A DNA stretch of 64,000 nt from an uncultured Chloroflexia bacterium. Its GTDB lineage: Bacteria; Chloroflexota; Anaerolineae; J036; Brachytrichaceae. Shown in pieces: positions 1 to 11,505 of this stretch; within the stretch, counting starts at the first letter, position 1, and each line of letters starts with the position of its first letter. Below the pieces are notes generated by a model, which saw nothing but the letters and a program-made list of their open reading frames with translations, was not told the DNA's origin and made no database searches. The stretch is taken from contig CAVXUI010000005.1 in assembly GCA_963764985.1 (NCBI GenBank), positions 145,569-209,568 of the forward strand. The letters are read 5' to 3'. The position numbers and the translations under genes are program-made.

Positions 1-122
1 AATATTGCGGAACACGAATCCAAGTCCGCAGTCAAAAGCTCCGAAGGTCCGCCCGCGTCTGCTGCGCAGACATGGCAGGAGCCTGGCAACACTTTTGGCT
101 GCATGCCTTGCAATCAAACACT

Positions 123-1363
<1,241 letters not shown>

Positions 1364-1450
1364 GAATTCAGAATCCAGAGTCCAGAATCCAGGCATGCGC
1401 ACGCGGCACTGGCTCTTCTTTCTGGATTCTGGATTCTGGACTCTGGACTC
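1364..1450. repeat. Hairpin element with arms made of 7-nt GARTCCA units (copy 1)
   Basis: Left arm GAATTCA GAATCCA GAGTCCA GAATCCA (1364-1391). 31-nt loop. Right arm TGGATTC x2 plus TGGACTC x2 (1423-1450). Starts directly after the rhaI TAA and ends 5 nt before ATG 1456. Confidence 0.85.
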
Positions 1451-1455
1451 TACCC

Positions 1456-3508
1456 ATGCCTACCAACCTCTGGAACCCAAAATCCGCTTCCGGCCTTTCC
1501 GGTCTCGACCTGCTCGTGTATCGCTCGAATCTGCTGGGAGCGGATCGCAGCGTCTGCAATATTTTTGGCGGCAATACCGGCAGCAAGGTCGACGCGGTCG
1601 ATTTTCGCGGCCGACCAGCGCGCGTACTGTGGGTCAAAGGCAGCGGCAGCGATCTGGCCACCATGCGCGCAAAAGATTTCGCCGGCCTGCGCATGGAAGA
1701 CATTGAGCCGCTCTTTGAGCGCGACGCCATGACGGACGAGGAAATGGTCGCGTATTTGACGCAGTGTCTGAACGGCGCAAATATGCCGCGTCAGAGCATT
1801 GAGACGTTGCTGCACGCGTTTGTGCCCGCCGCGCACACCGACCACACCCACCCCGACGCGGTGATTTCGCTGGCCTGTTCAAAGAACGGCAAAAAGTGGA
1901 TGCGCGAGGTGTATGGCAAGCGTGCGGCCTGGGTCGATTACATCCGGCCCGGGTTTACGCTCAGCAAAGAGATCGGCCAGGCCGTGCGCAGCAACCCGCA
2001 GATCGAATGCGTGGTCATGGGCAAACACGGCCTGGTGACCTGGTCCGACGACCCCAAAACCTGCTACGACAACTCAATCCGCATCATCGGCGAGGCCGAG
2101 GCGTTCATCGCCCACAAGGCGCAGGGCAAGAAGGTGTTTGGCGCACCAAAAGCAGCACTGAAAGACAGGTACAGCGATTGCCGAAAGCATCCTGCCGACC
2201 CTGCGCGGCGCGGTCAGTGCTCACGGTTGCAGCGTGGTCAAGTTTGACAACAGTCCGGCCGTGATGGCCCTGGTCAACGGCGCAAACGCGGCCAAACTCG
2301 CGGCGGTCGGCGCGGCCTGCCCCGATCATCTGGTGCATACCAAACGCGTGCCGCTGTTTATCGACTGGAACGGCAAAGATGCCGCCCAGCTCAAGACCGC
2401 GATCGTCGACGGCGTCAAGAAATATCAGGAAGACTACGCGGCCTATTTCAAGGCGCATGCAGCAGAGGGCGACAAGATGTTCCACCCGGCCCCGCGCGTG
2501 ATCCTGATTCGTGGCGTCGGCATGTTCACCACCGGCAAAGACGCCGCGCTGGCCGGTGTCAGCAACCAGCTGTATCAGCGCGCGATCGCGGTGATGGCTG
2601 GCGCAACCGCGCTCGACACCTTCACGTCGCTCAGCGCTGCCGAGGCCTTTGCGATCGAGTACTGGCCGCTTGAACTTTACAAACTCGCGCAGCGCCCGCC
2701 CGATCGCGAGCTGGCCGGGCGCGTGGCGTTTATTACCGGCGGCGCCAGCGGCATCGGCCGCGCCACAGCCTATCGCCTGGCGCAGGACGGCGCGCATGTC
2801 GTCATCGCCGATCTTAATGGCCCGGGCGCACAGACCGTGGCCGATGACATCGTCAAGCGGTTTGGCGCCGATCGCGCGCGCGCCGTGGTGTGCGATGTCA
2901 CCGTCGAGGCGCAAGTGCAGGCTGCGCTCAACGTGGCTGTGCAGGCCTATGGCGGGCTGGATATCGTGGTGAACAACGCCGGGCTGGCCAGCAGCAATCC
3001 GGTCACCGAGGTCACCACCGCCGAGTGGGACAAGCTTTTTGCCGTGCTCGGGCGCGGCTACTTCATGGTTGCGCGCGAGGCCTTTCGCATCATGCAGCAG
3101 CAGGCTCTCGGCGGCAGCATCATCTTTGTGGCCAGCAAAAACGGCCTGATCGGCAGCAAAAACGCCTCGGCATACGGCGCGGCCAAAGCCGCCGAGATCA
3201 ACTTGGCGCGTTGCTTGGCTGAGGAAGGCGGCGCACTTGGCATCCGCGTCAACACCGTCTGCCCGGATGCGGTGCTGACCGGCAGCGCGATCTGGAGTTC
3301 CGACTGGAAGGAAGCGCGCGCCAAGAGCATGGGCATCCGCGTCGATCAGCTCGAAGACGCCTACCGCCAGCGCAACACGCTCAAAGTCAGCATCTATCCG
3401 GAAGACATCGCCGAGACGATCTCGTTCTTCGCCGGCGACCGTTCATCCAAAACCACCGGCTCAGTTGTCACGGTCGATGGCGGCGTGACGGCCGCGTATG
3501 TGAGATAA
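1456..3508 (+). CDS. rhaEW: Bifunctional rhamnulose-1-phosphate aldolase / short-chain dehydrogenase; one frame break near 2170-2240
   Basis: ORFs 1456-2247 and 2234-3508. The N-terminal part resembles a class II aldolase/adducin domain. The C-terminal part is an SDR (AFITGGASGIGRATAYRLAQDGAHVVIADL, NNAGLAS, SKNASAYGAAKAA). About 684 aa in total, as expected for the fusion. It lies between rhaI and rhaB. Confidence 0.8.
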
Positions 3509-3587
3509 GAATCCAGAGTCCAGAGTCCAGAATCCAGACATGACCGCTGTGACACGGTCTCATGTCTGGATTCTGGATTCTGGATTC
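3509..3587. repeat. Hairpin element with arms made of 7-nt GARTCCA units (copy 2)
   Basis: GAATCCA GAGTCCA GAGTCCA GAATCCA (3509-3536), inner stem GACATGA/TCATGTC, then TGGATTC x3 (3567-3587). Abuts the rhaEW TAA (3506-3508). Tail TTTACTCTGT runs into ATG 3598. Confidence 0.85.
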
Positions 3588-3597
3588 TTTACTCTGT

Positions 3598-5004
3598 ATG
3601 ACTAAATCCATTGCCCTCGCCGCCATCGATCTCGGGGCTGAAAGCGGCCGCGTGATGCTGGCAAAGTTTGACGGCGCAAAGATTCAGCTCGAGGAAGCGT
3701 TTCGCTTTCCAAATGTGCCGGTGCAGGCGGGCGACACGCTGCACTGGGATATTCTGCGGCTGTTTGGCGATATCAAGACCGGGCTTGCCGCCGCGGCGCG
3801 GCTTGCAAACGGCTCGCTGGCCGGCGTCGGTGTCGACACCTGGGGCGTCGATTTTGCGCTGCTCGACGCGCAGGACAAGCTCATTGGCAACCCGGTCCAT
3901 TACCGCGACGCGCGCACAAACGGCATGGCCGAACAGGTCTATGCGCGCGTGCCGTGGCGCGATATTTTCAATCGCACCGGCATCCAGTTTTTGCAGTTCA
4001 ACACGCTGTTTCAACTGGCGGCCATGCGCTTTGGCAATGCGCCCGCGCTGGACCATGCCCGCTCACTGCTCACGGTTCCAGATTTGCTGAACTTCTGGCT
4101 GTGCGGTGTCAAAGCCAACGAATACACAAATGCCACAACCACGCAGCTGATCGACGCGCGCACGCGCGCATGGTCGCCCGAGTTGATCGGCGCGCTCGAT
4201 TTGCCGGCGCGTCTGTTCGAACAGCCGCTGGCGCCGCCGTGCAGTGTGCTGGGCGAAGTGCGGCCGGAGATCAAACAGGCTATGGGCGTGAGCACGCTGC
4301 CGCTGCTCTTACCGTCGACGCACGACACCGGCTCGGCCGTGGTCGGCGCGCCGCTAAGCGGCGCGCGCGATCTGTATCTGAGCAGCGGCACCTGGTCGCT
4401 GATGGGCTTCGAGTCGCCCGAGCCGATCATCAACGACACCGCGCTGGCCCACAACGTCACGAACGAAGGCGGCGTCAATGGCACCGTGCGCGTGCTCAAG
4501 AACATCATGGGCTTGTGGCTGCTGCAGGAATGCCGGCGCAATTGGGCCAAGCAAGGCCGCGACTATACCTACGAGCAGCTTGAAGCGCTGACACGCGCCG
4601 CGTCCACCCGCGCGCGCATCGCGTGCGGCGACGCGCGCTTTTTGCCGCCCGGCGACATGCCCGGCCGCATTCGCGCGTATTGCCTGGAGACCGGGCAAAC
4701 GCCACCCGAAACCGACGGCGAGATCGCGCGCTGCGTGATCGAGAGCCTGGCACAGGAATATGCCGATGTCGCCGCGAAGTTCGACGACCTGGCCGGCCAC
4801 CGCCACGAGACGATTCACGTCATCGGCGGCGGCTCGCAAAACGCGTTGCTGAACGAGCTGACTGCGCAGACCACAGGCCGGCGCGTGGTGGCCGGGCCAG
4901 TGGAGGCCACCGCGCTGGGCAACGTGATTGCGCAGTTGGTGGCGCTGGGCGAGTTGTCATCGTGCGCAGACGGGCGTGCGATTGTGCGAGCCACAGGCGC
5001 GTAG
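3598..5004 (+). CDS. rhaB: Rhamnulokinase (FGGY carbohydrate kinase)
   Basis: ORF 3562-5004. The first 12 codons translate the hairpin arm, so the likely start is ATG 3598 (MTKSIALAAIDLGAESGRV). FGGY-type motifs DTWGVDFALLD and HVIGGGSQNALLNELTAQ. Rhamnose gene context. Confidence 0.8.
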   Translation: MTKSIALAAIDLGAESGRVMLAKFDGAKIQLEEAFRFPNVPVQAGDTLHWDILRLFGDIKTGLAAAARLANGSLAGVGVDTWGVDFALLDAQDKLIGNPVHYRDARTNGMAEQVYARVPWRDIFNRTGIQFLQFNTLFQLAAMRFGNAPALDHARSLLTVPDLLNFWLCGVKANEYTNATTTQLIDARTRAWSPELIGALDLPARLFEQPLAPPCSVLGEVRPEIKQAMGVSTLPLLLPSTHDTGSAVVGAPLSGARDLYLSSGTWSLMGFESPEPIINDTALAHNVTNEGGVNGTVRVLKNIMGLWLLQECRRNWAKQGRDYTYEQLEALTRAASTRARIACGDARFLPPGDMPGRIRAYCLETGQTPPETDGEIARCVIESLAQEYADVAAKFDDLAGHRHETIHVIGGGSQNALLNELTAQTTGRRVVAGPVEATALGNVIAQLVALGELSSCADGRAIVRATGA

Positions 5005-5025
5005 TTAGAAATCAAGACAGCAAGA

Positions 5026-5099
5026 GAAGAAGAAGAAGCCACAGATTTCACAGATTGGATAACAACGCAATCTGTGAAATCTGTGGCTTCTTCTTCTTC
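5026..5099. repeat. Perfect 32-bp hairpin (possible bidirectional terminator) between convergent rhaB and iolD
   Basis: GAAGAAGAAGAAGCCACAGATTTCACAGATTG (5026-5057), 10-nt loop, exact reverse complement at 5068-5099. The arm contains (GAA)4 plus two CACAGATTK units. Confidence 0.8.
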
Positions 5100-5129
5100 C
5101 GCAACTTCTACGGCAGTTCCGCTATCACC

Positions 5130-7008
5130 TTAGTACTCGCGTTCTTTCGCGCGCATCGTCGTCCACTCGGCGCGTTGCGCGCGTACCTCGGGGCTCTCGC
5201 TGACTTCGGCCGGTGGCACGTCCCACCAGCTGTAGCCCGGCACGCCCACATAGCGGTCGTTGCGCACATAGATCACAGTCGTGGTTGCCACGGTTTTGGC
5301 CGCTTGCAAGCGCCTCCACAAATTCGTCGTAGCCCTCGGCGCGAATCACATGCGCGCCCAGGCTGCGGGCGTTCATCGCCAGATCGACCGGCAACTCGCG
5401 CGGATCCTGCGCGTCGTCGCCCGTCACACGGCCGTTTTCCTGGATAGGCATAGCGCGTGCCAAACCCACCTTGCCCCAGCGAGCGACTAAGACCGCCGAT
5501 GCTCTTGTAACCGCTGTTGTCCATCAGGATCATCGGTCAGCTTGAAGCCTTCCTGAATCGAGGTGATGATCTCCTGCGACAGCATCAGATACGAGCCATC
5601 GCCGACCAACACATAGACTTCGCGCTCGGGTTCGGCCATCTTGATGCCCAGGCCACCGGCAATTTCGTAGCCCATCGTGCTAAAGCCATAGTCCAGGTGA
5701 TATTGCGATGGATGGCGCGCCCGCCATAGCTTGTGCAGATCGCCGGGCAGGCTGCCCGCCGCGTTGATCATGACCGCCTCTGGGTCGCCCAGGTCGTTGA
5801 CCGCGCCGATCAGCTCGCTCTGGCTGGGCAGCGGCGTGTTGCGGATCCGCGTAGAAGCCGTCGACCTCGGCCTCCCACTCGTTGTGCAGCTCGCTGGCGC
5901 GCGCGCGGTGATCCGGCATCGACCTGACCAGCCAGCCAGCGCCCGTGCAGCTCTTCCAGCGTTGCGCTTGCATCGCCAACCAAGCCGAGTGCGCTGTGTT
6001 TGGCGCATCGAACTCGGCCACGTTGATGTTGATAAAGCGCACGGCCGGGTTTTGCAACAGCGTCTTGCTGGCGGTGGTAAAATCGCTGTAGCGCGTGCCG
6101 ATGCCGATCACCAGATCGGCGTCTTCGGCGATGGCGTTGGCGCGCCGGCGTGCCGGTCACGCCGATGCCGCCCAGGCACAGCGCGTGGTCATAGCGCAGG
6201 CTGCCTTTGCCGGCCATGGTCTCGCCCACCGGGATGCCGGTTGCGTCCACAAAGTGCTGTCAGCGTCTCCGTGGCCTCGCTGTAGCGCACGCCGCCGCCA
6301 GCCACGATCATCGGCTTTTTGCTGGCGCGAATCCACTCGGCCGCGACCTGCAGCGCGTCGCGGTCCGGCCGGTTGCGCGGGATCGTCCAGACGCGCTTCT
6401 CAAACAGCGCAGTCGGGTAATCGAACGCTTCGGTCTGCACGTCTTGCGGCAGACACAGCGTGACCGCGCCGGTATCGACCGGGCTGGTCAGCACGCGCAT
6501 CACTTCGGGCAGGGCGGTGATCAATTGATCCGGGCGATAGATGCGATCCCAATAGCGGCTGACCGGTTTGAAGCAATCGTTGACCTGAAATATCCTGTGA
6601 GTGCTCGCTTTCGAGTTGCTGCAGCACTGGCGCCACATTGCGGCGCGCAAAAATATCGCCGGGCAACAGCAGCACCGGCAGGCGGTTGACCGTCGCCAGC
6701 GCCGCGCCAGTGATCATGTTGGTCGCGCCGGGGCCGATCGAGCTGGTGCAGGCCAGCGTGCGCAGCCGGTTGCTGTGCTTGGCATAGGCCGCCGCAGCGT
6801 GCACCATGGCCTGCTCGTTGCGGCACTGGTAATAGCGAAAGTCCGGGTTCTGTTGCAGCGCCTGCCCCATGCCGGAGATGTTGCCATGGCCAAAAATGCC
6901 AAAGCAGCCGCCAAAGAACGCGCGTTCCTGTCCATCGCGCACGGAAAACTGCGCGTGCAAATAACGAATGACGGCTTGCGCCACCGTCAGGCGAATACGT
7001 GTTGTCAT
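5130..7008 (-). CDS. iolD: 3D-(3,5/4)-trihydroxycyclohexane-1,2-dione acylhydrolase (TPP enzyme, IolD); at least 5 frame breaks
   Basis: N-terminal ORF 6400-7008 ([63 protein letters not shown]). Further pieces in ORFs 6189-6650, 5810-6250, 5680-6111, 5487-6008 ([30 protein letters not shown]) and 5273-5533. C-terminal ORF 5130-5321 ([17 protein letters not shown]). Confidence 0.75.
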
Positions 7009-7009
7009 G

Positions 7010-8092
7010 TTATAGGTCGGGGTTCGGCAGCATCAAGTCGCGAATGACTGCGACAAAGCTGTGCCAGGCTTCAATAAACGATCGCAACGTGCGCGTGCTC
7101 GCACCGAATGTGTCGAAATCGGCGACGCTCATGCCATCGGCGTGATAGGCCCGGCCAAACTCCGGGATCTTGTCGAGCAACGTGTTCACGATGACCGGAT
7201 CGACAGGCACCGACATGCGGTTGGCCGGGCGCTGGCCGGAGTCGTTGAACTTAACCTGCCACTCCCATGGAATCGTCAGGCTGACGTCGCCGCCGACGAA
7301 CTCGGTCCAGTGGTAAAAATTGCGATAAGCCGCCGACAGCAACTGCGTCCGATAGCCGCGCGTTTTGTAAATCTCGTAGGCGTTTTTGAAACAGGCCACG
7401 CCGCACCATTCGAGATGTTCCGGCGCGATGTCGATGGCGTGCTTTTTGACCTGAACCTTCATCCAGTCGTCGTTGCGGCCAACCATCATCGTGGCATACG
7501 GCGTCATCGTCGCGGTTGGTTTGCGCGCCGCATCGCGGCGTTTGAGGCCGCGTTCGATGTGGTCGGCGATCGCCAGCACCTGCGGCACACAAAAGCTGAC
7601 GGTCACGTTTAGGTTGATGCCGCGATACGTCAGCTCTTCGATTGCGGCCACACCGGCCGATGTGCAGGGCAGCTTGACCTGCATGTTCGGCGCCAGCCCG
7701 CTGAAGTAGACGGCCTGTTCGATGATGGCGGCGGTGTTGTTGTAAGCGGCCGGGTCGGTTTGAATCGACATGCGGCCGAGCTTGCCGCCGGAGCGCTCAT
7801 ACACCGGCAGCAGCATCTTCGCGCCGTGGACCGCGAGTTCCTCGTAGACCTGCCAGCTGACGCGCGTCTCGCTCCAGGTCGGATTATCGTGAACAATCTG
7901 CAGGATGCGCTCGCGCCACAGCGGCATGTCTTTTTTGAGCGCATTGCCGACGATCACCGGGTTGCTGGTCGCGCCGATCGCGCCGCGCGCGATGGCATAC
8001 GTGAGCTCCTCAACCGCGCAGGAGTCGTTCAGATATTGCGTTGGCGTGGTCGACGCCATGTCGTGCAAAGGGGCCAGAGTTTCTGATGTCAT
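7010..8092 (-). CDS. Transaldolase-family protein
   Basis: Intact 360-aa ORF. Motifs GATSNPVIV and QVKLPCTSAGVAAIEELTYRGINLNVTVSF. Its ATG overlaps the iolB stop (ATGA). Its stop is 1 nt from the iolD ATG. Confidence 0.7.
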   Translation of the reverse strand: MTSETLAPLHDMASTTPTQYLNDSCAVEELTYAIARGAIGATSNPVIVGNALKKDMPLWRERILQIVHDNPTWSETRVSWQVYEELAVHGAKMLLPVYERSGGKLGRMSIQTDPAAYNNTAAIIEQAVYFSGLAPNMQVKLPCTSAGVAAIEELTYRGINLNVTVSFCVPQVLAIADHIERGLKRRDAARKPTATMTPYATMMVGRNDDWMKVQVKKHAIDIAPEHLEWCGVACFKNAYEIYKTRGYRTQLLSAAYRNFYHWTEFVGGDVSLTIPWEWQVKFNDSGQRPANRMSVPVDPVIVNTLLDKIPEFGRAYHADGMSVADFDTFGASTRTLRSFIEAWHSFVAVIRDLMLPNPDL

Positions 8093-8976
8093 TTGTAGAA
8101 CGGCACGCGTGGATCGGTGCCCTTGTAAGCGTGTTTGACCCAGCTGTGCGCCGGATCGTCCGAGTTCGCGAGCGATTGTGCGCTGCCGGCCAGCACGTTG
8201 AGATAATAGGCGTTGTAGCCTGGCGCGGCCGTCACCGGGTGATAGCCTTCCGGCACCAGCACTGCATCGCCATCGCGCGCCACCAACGTGGCGTCGATCG
8301 GAAATCCGGCCGCATGTAGTGGTGATTCCGGCGCGGTGTAAACGCGTTGCAGCGCAAAACCATCCGGCCGGTCGAGTTTGTAGTAATACACTTCTTCCAG
8401 ATCGGCTTCGAGCACGACGCCGCTGGCATCGACTTTATGCACATCGTGCTTGTGCGGCGGGTAGCTCGACCAGCTGCCGGCCGGCGTATACACCTCGACG
8501 ATCACCAGCTTGTGGCACGGGAAACCGGGTGGCAGGATGCTATTGATCTGGCGCGTGGCGTTGTCGCCGCCGCGAATCTCGACTTTGACGTCAGCCGGCG
8601 TGACATGCTTGGGCGCATAGTCGCGATCGGTGTGCGTCCAGGTAATGACATAATCCGCGAGCGATTCGCACACGATCGTAAACGCAGTGTGGCGCGGCAG
8701 ATACAGCGCGTGGGGAAAGCCGGCAAACACCGAGGCGCGTTCGCCAATGCCGTGCCACTCGCCGCGGCTTGACTGCACGGACAAGCGCCCGCTCAGCACC
8801 ACAATCGCCAGTTCGGACTCGCCAGTCTCATGCTCGCGCCGCTCGCCCGTCCGCATGCGGCGCGCCTGAAAGTGAATGTGCTCCCAACCGGCGCTCTCGG
8901 GCGTGATGTTCATCAACACGCCCTGGGTCTGTTCCTGCGGGTGAACGATCAGGTTGCTTGCGTTAAATTGTTTCAT
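8089..8976 (-). CDS. iolB: 5-deoxy-glucuronate isomerase
   Basis: Intact 295-aa ORF with cupin-like IolB signatures (SWSSYPPHKHD, LEEVYYYK, AVLVPEGYHPVTAAPGYNAYYLNVLAG). Confidence 0.8.
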   Translation of the reverse strand: MKQFNASNLIVHPQEQTQGVLMNITPESAGWEHIHFQARRMRTGERREHETGESELAIVVLSGRLSVQSSRGEWHGIGERASVFAGFPHALYLPRHTAFTIVCESLADYVITWTHTDRDYAPKHVTPADVKVEIRGGDNATRQINSILPPGFPCHKLVIVEVYTPAGSWSSYPPHKHDVHKVDASGVVLEADLEEVYYYKLDRPDGFALQRVYTAPESPLHAAGFPIDATLVARDGDAVLVPEGYHPVTAAPGYNAYYLNVLAGSAQSLANSDDPAHSWVKHAYKGTDPRVPFYK

Positions 8977-8979
8977 GGT

Positions 8980-10032
8980 CTAGCCGCGGCGCTTGGCCGG
9001 CTTTGCGGTCAGTTTGGCCGGCGCCGCCGTGCTGCCGCGCTCAATCAGGCGCGGCGTTACTACGGTGTTGCGCGACGGTTTGTCGTCGATCAGATTTTGC
9101 AGCGTCTGCATTGCGATCATGCCGATTTCGCGGGCGGGCTGGTGCACGGTGGTCAACCCGGGCTCGGTGTAGCTGGCGACCGGCACATTGTCAAACCCGA
9201 TCACGCTGAGCTGGCCGGGCACGTCAATGTGCAGATCGCGGCAGGCCAGCAATACCCCAAGCGCGATCATGTCGTTGTAGCACACGATGGCGGTCACACG
9301 GCGTTCCAGCAATTTCGACAGTGCGCGATTGCCGATGGCAACATCTTCATCAGGCTCGGCTCGCATCTCCGGATCGACGATGATCGCCGACTCATCGATC
9401 ACCACGCCGGCGCCATCCATCGCATCGCGAAAACCCTGCAATCGATTCTTGTTTGACACCGCGCGGCTGGCTGCGCCGACATAGCCAATGGCGCGGTGCC
9501 CGAGGCTGAGAAGATGGCGGGCAGCCACCTCTGATCCGGCGCGATCATCAACCGACACCGAGTGCATCATCGCGCGCGGCAGATCCGACTGGTTGTTTAC
9601 CAGCACAAACGGCCCGCTCTTTAGCACGGACGGCGGCGGCATGCCACGCGTGCTGGCCAACAGGATGCCATCGACCCGGCGTTGACGAAAGACATCCAGA
9701 CAATGGGCTTCGAGCTCCGGGTCATTGTGCGTGGCGCTCAGCAACACGCTAAAACCGGCAGGTTGCGCGATCTGCTCAATGCCGTTGACCAGATTAGCCA
9801 AATAGGGATCGGAGATGCTGGGGACGACGACGCCAATTGTGTTTGTGCGCCGCCCCTGCAGGCTTTGCGCCACCGCGTTAGGCACATAGCCCATTTTCGC
9901 GGCGATCGTGTGGACACTTTCGCGAACTTCCGCGCTGATCAGCGGGCTGTCACGCAAGGCGCGCGAAACAGTGGAATGCGAGACACCGGCAGCGTGGGCG
10001 ATATCCTGAATTGAGGTATGTCGAGTGGACAT
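8980..10032 (-). CDS. LacI-family transcriptional regulator
   Basis: ORF 8980-10125. Likely start is ATG 10032 (MSTRHTSIQDIAHAAGVSHSTVSRALRD, an HTH), followed by a periplasmic-binding-like sugar domain. Lies 3 nt upstream of iolB. Confidence 0.8.
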   Translation of the reverse strand: MSTRHTSIQDIAHAAGVSHSTVSRALRDSPLISAEVRESVHTIAAKMGYVPNAVAQSLQGRRTNTIGVVVPSISDPYLANLVNGIEQIAQPAGFSVLLSATHNDPELEAHCLDVFRQRRVDGILLASTRGMPPPSVLKSGPFVLVNNQSDLPRAMMHSVSVDDRAGSEVAARHLLSLGHRAIGYVGAASRAVSNKNRLQGFRDAMDGAGVVIDESAIIVDPEMRAEPDEDVAIGNRALSKLLERRVTAIVCYNDMIALGVLLACRDLHIDVPGQLSVIGFDNVPVASYTEPGLTTVHQPAREIGMIAMQTLQNLIDDKPSRNTVVTPRLIERGSTAAPAKLTAKPAKRRG

Positions 10033-10067
10033 GGTTTGACATCCGCGCTCCATGGCACGGCCAGAAT

Positions 10068-10083
10068 GTGCACACGTGTGCAC
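10068..10083. promoter_or_regulatory. Perfect 16-bp palindrome; candidate LacI-family operator
   Basis: GTGCACACGTGTGCAC is centred on CG, as LacI-type operators are. It lies 36 nt upstream of the regulator ATG (10032), at the head of the lacI-iolB-tal-iolD gene string. Confidence 0.35.
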
Positions 10084-10157
10084 TTGTGTGTGGATTGTAA
10101 GACCAGCGCCAAAGTTGTCAAGCAAACAGCGTTCGAAAGATTACAATACGCCCCCGC

Positions 10158-11505
10158 ATGGCAGACTTGCTCCCACCGCACAACCAGGAAGCCGAAGAGG
10201 CCGTACTCGGTTCCCTACTTATCGATCAGGAAGCGATTCTGCGTGTCGCCAGCTTTTTGCTGCCCGAGCATTTTTACGTCATCAAGCACCAGTGGGTGTA
10301 TGAGGCGATGAAAACCCTGCAGGAGAAGCACGATCCAATCGACTTGGTAACGCTCTCCGCGCAGCTCGATGCCGAGGGCAAGCTCGACGAGATCGGCGGC
10401 GAAGGCTTTATTGCACAGCTGACCAACAGCGTGCCCACCGCGCTCAATGTCGAAGCCTATGCGCGCGCGGTCGAGCAAAATGCGGTGCGCCGCAAGATGA
10501 TCGGCGCGGCCGGCGATGTCGCCCGGCTGGCCTACGACCAGACGCTGCCGATCCAGTCGGTCATCGAAAAAAGCGAAGCCGCGATTTTCAACGTGTCGGA
10601 GGGCCATGGCGAAAGCCAGATGGTCCCGATCAAAAAAGCGGTCAGCGATTATTTCGAACGCATCGAGTATCTTCACGAACACAAAGACGAACCGCTTGGC
10701 ATTCCGACCGGTTATAACGATCTGGACAAACTCACCGGCGGCTTGAATCGCGGCGAATTGATCATTATTGCGGCCCGCCCCGGCGTCGGCAAAACGTCGT
10801 TGATGCTGAACCTGGCCCAAAATGCCGCGTTGCGCCATCGCCAGCGCGTGGCGGTGTTCATGCTCGAAATGGGCAACGAGCAGATCGTGCGGCGTTTTGT
10901 CGCCGGCGAAACCGGCATCGACTCTCAACGGCTGCGCCGCGGCGATCTGCGCGACGAGGAATGGGGCGCGTTGACGCGCGTCTCCATGCAGATGGCTGAA
11001 ATCACCATGTTCCTGGACGACTCGCCGTCGCTCACGCCGCTCGATCTGCGCGTCAAAGCTCGCCGCATTTATCAGGAACACGGCCTGGATCTGATCATCG
11101 TGGACTACTTGCAGCTGATGCAGGGCGAGAACAGCAGCGGCAAAGGCATGGACAACCGCGTTCAGGAGATTTCGTATATCTCGCGCGCGCTAAAACAGAT
11201 CGCGCGCGAACTCAAGGTGCCGACTGATCGCCGGTTCAGCCAGCTCTCGCGCCTGGTCGAACAACGCAGCGACAAACGCCCGATGCTGAGCGATCTGCGC
11301 GAATCGGGCTCAATCGAGCAGGACGCGGACATCGTCATGTTTATTTACCGCGACGAGATCTACAACCCGGATACCGAGTTCAAAAACATCGCCGAGATCT
11401 CGGTGCAAAAGAACCGCAACGGCCCGACTGGCAAGATCAACCTGTTCTTCGACAACCGACTTGACGTCGTTCAAAAACCTGGCACAAGAGAAGATCGAGC
11501 TGTGA
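10158..11505 (+). CDS. dnaB: Replicative DNA helicase DnaB; one frame break near 11465
   Basis: MADLLPPHNQEAEEAVLGSLLIDQEAI, Walker A ARPGVGKTS, IIVDYLQLM. After ~11465 the track frame runs on, but a 1-nt shift gives the canonical tail SFKNLAQEKIEL with TGA at 11503-11505. Confidence 0.9.

Noticed and set aside
3562-3597. N-terminal extensions reading ..GFWILDS.., ..VWILDSRFF.. and LDSGFWTLDS at ORF starts 3562 and 61955 and in ORF 1326-1706.
   Set aside because: These are translations of the TGGATTC hairpin arms. The conserved protein N-termini begin at internal ATGs (3598, 61910, 1456).
10158-11505. Intein or insertion in DnaB.
   Set aside because: The length (about 449 aa) and the contiguous motifs correspond to an uninterrupted DnaB.
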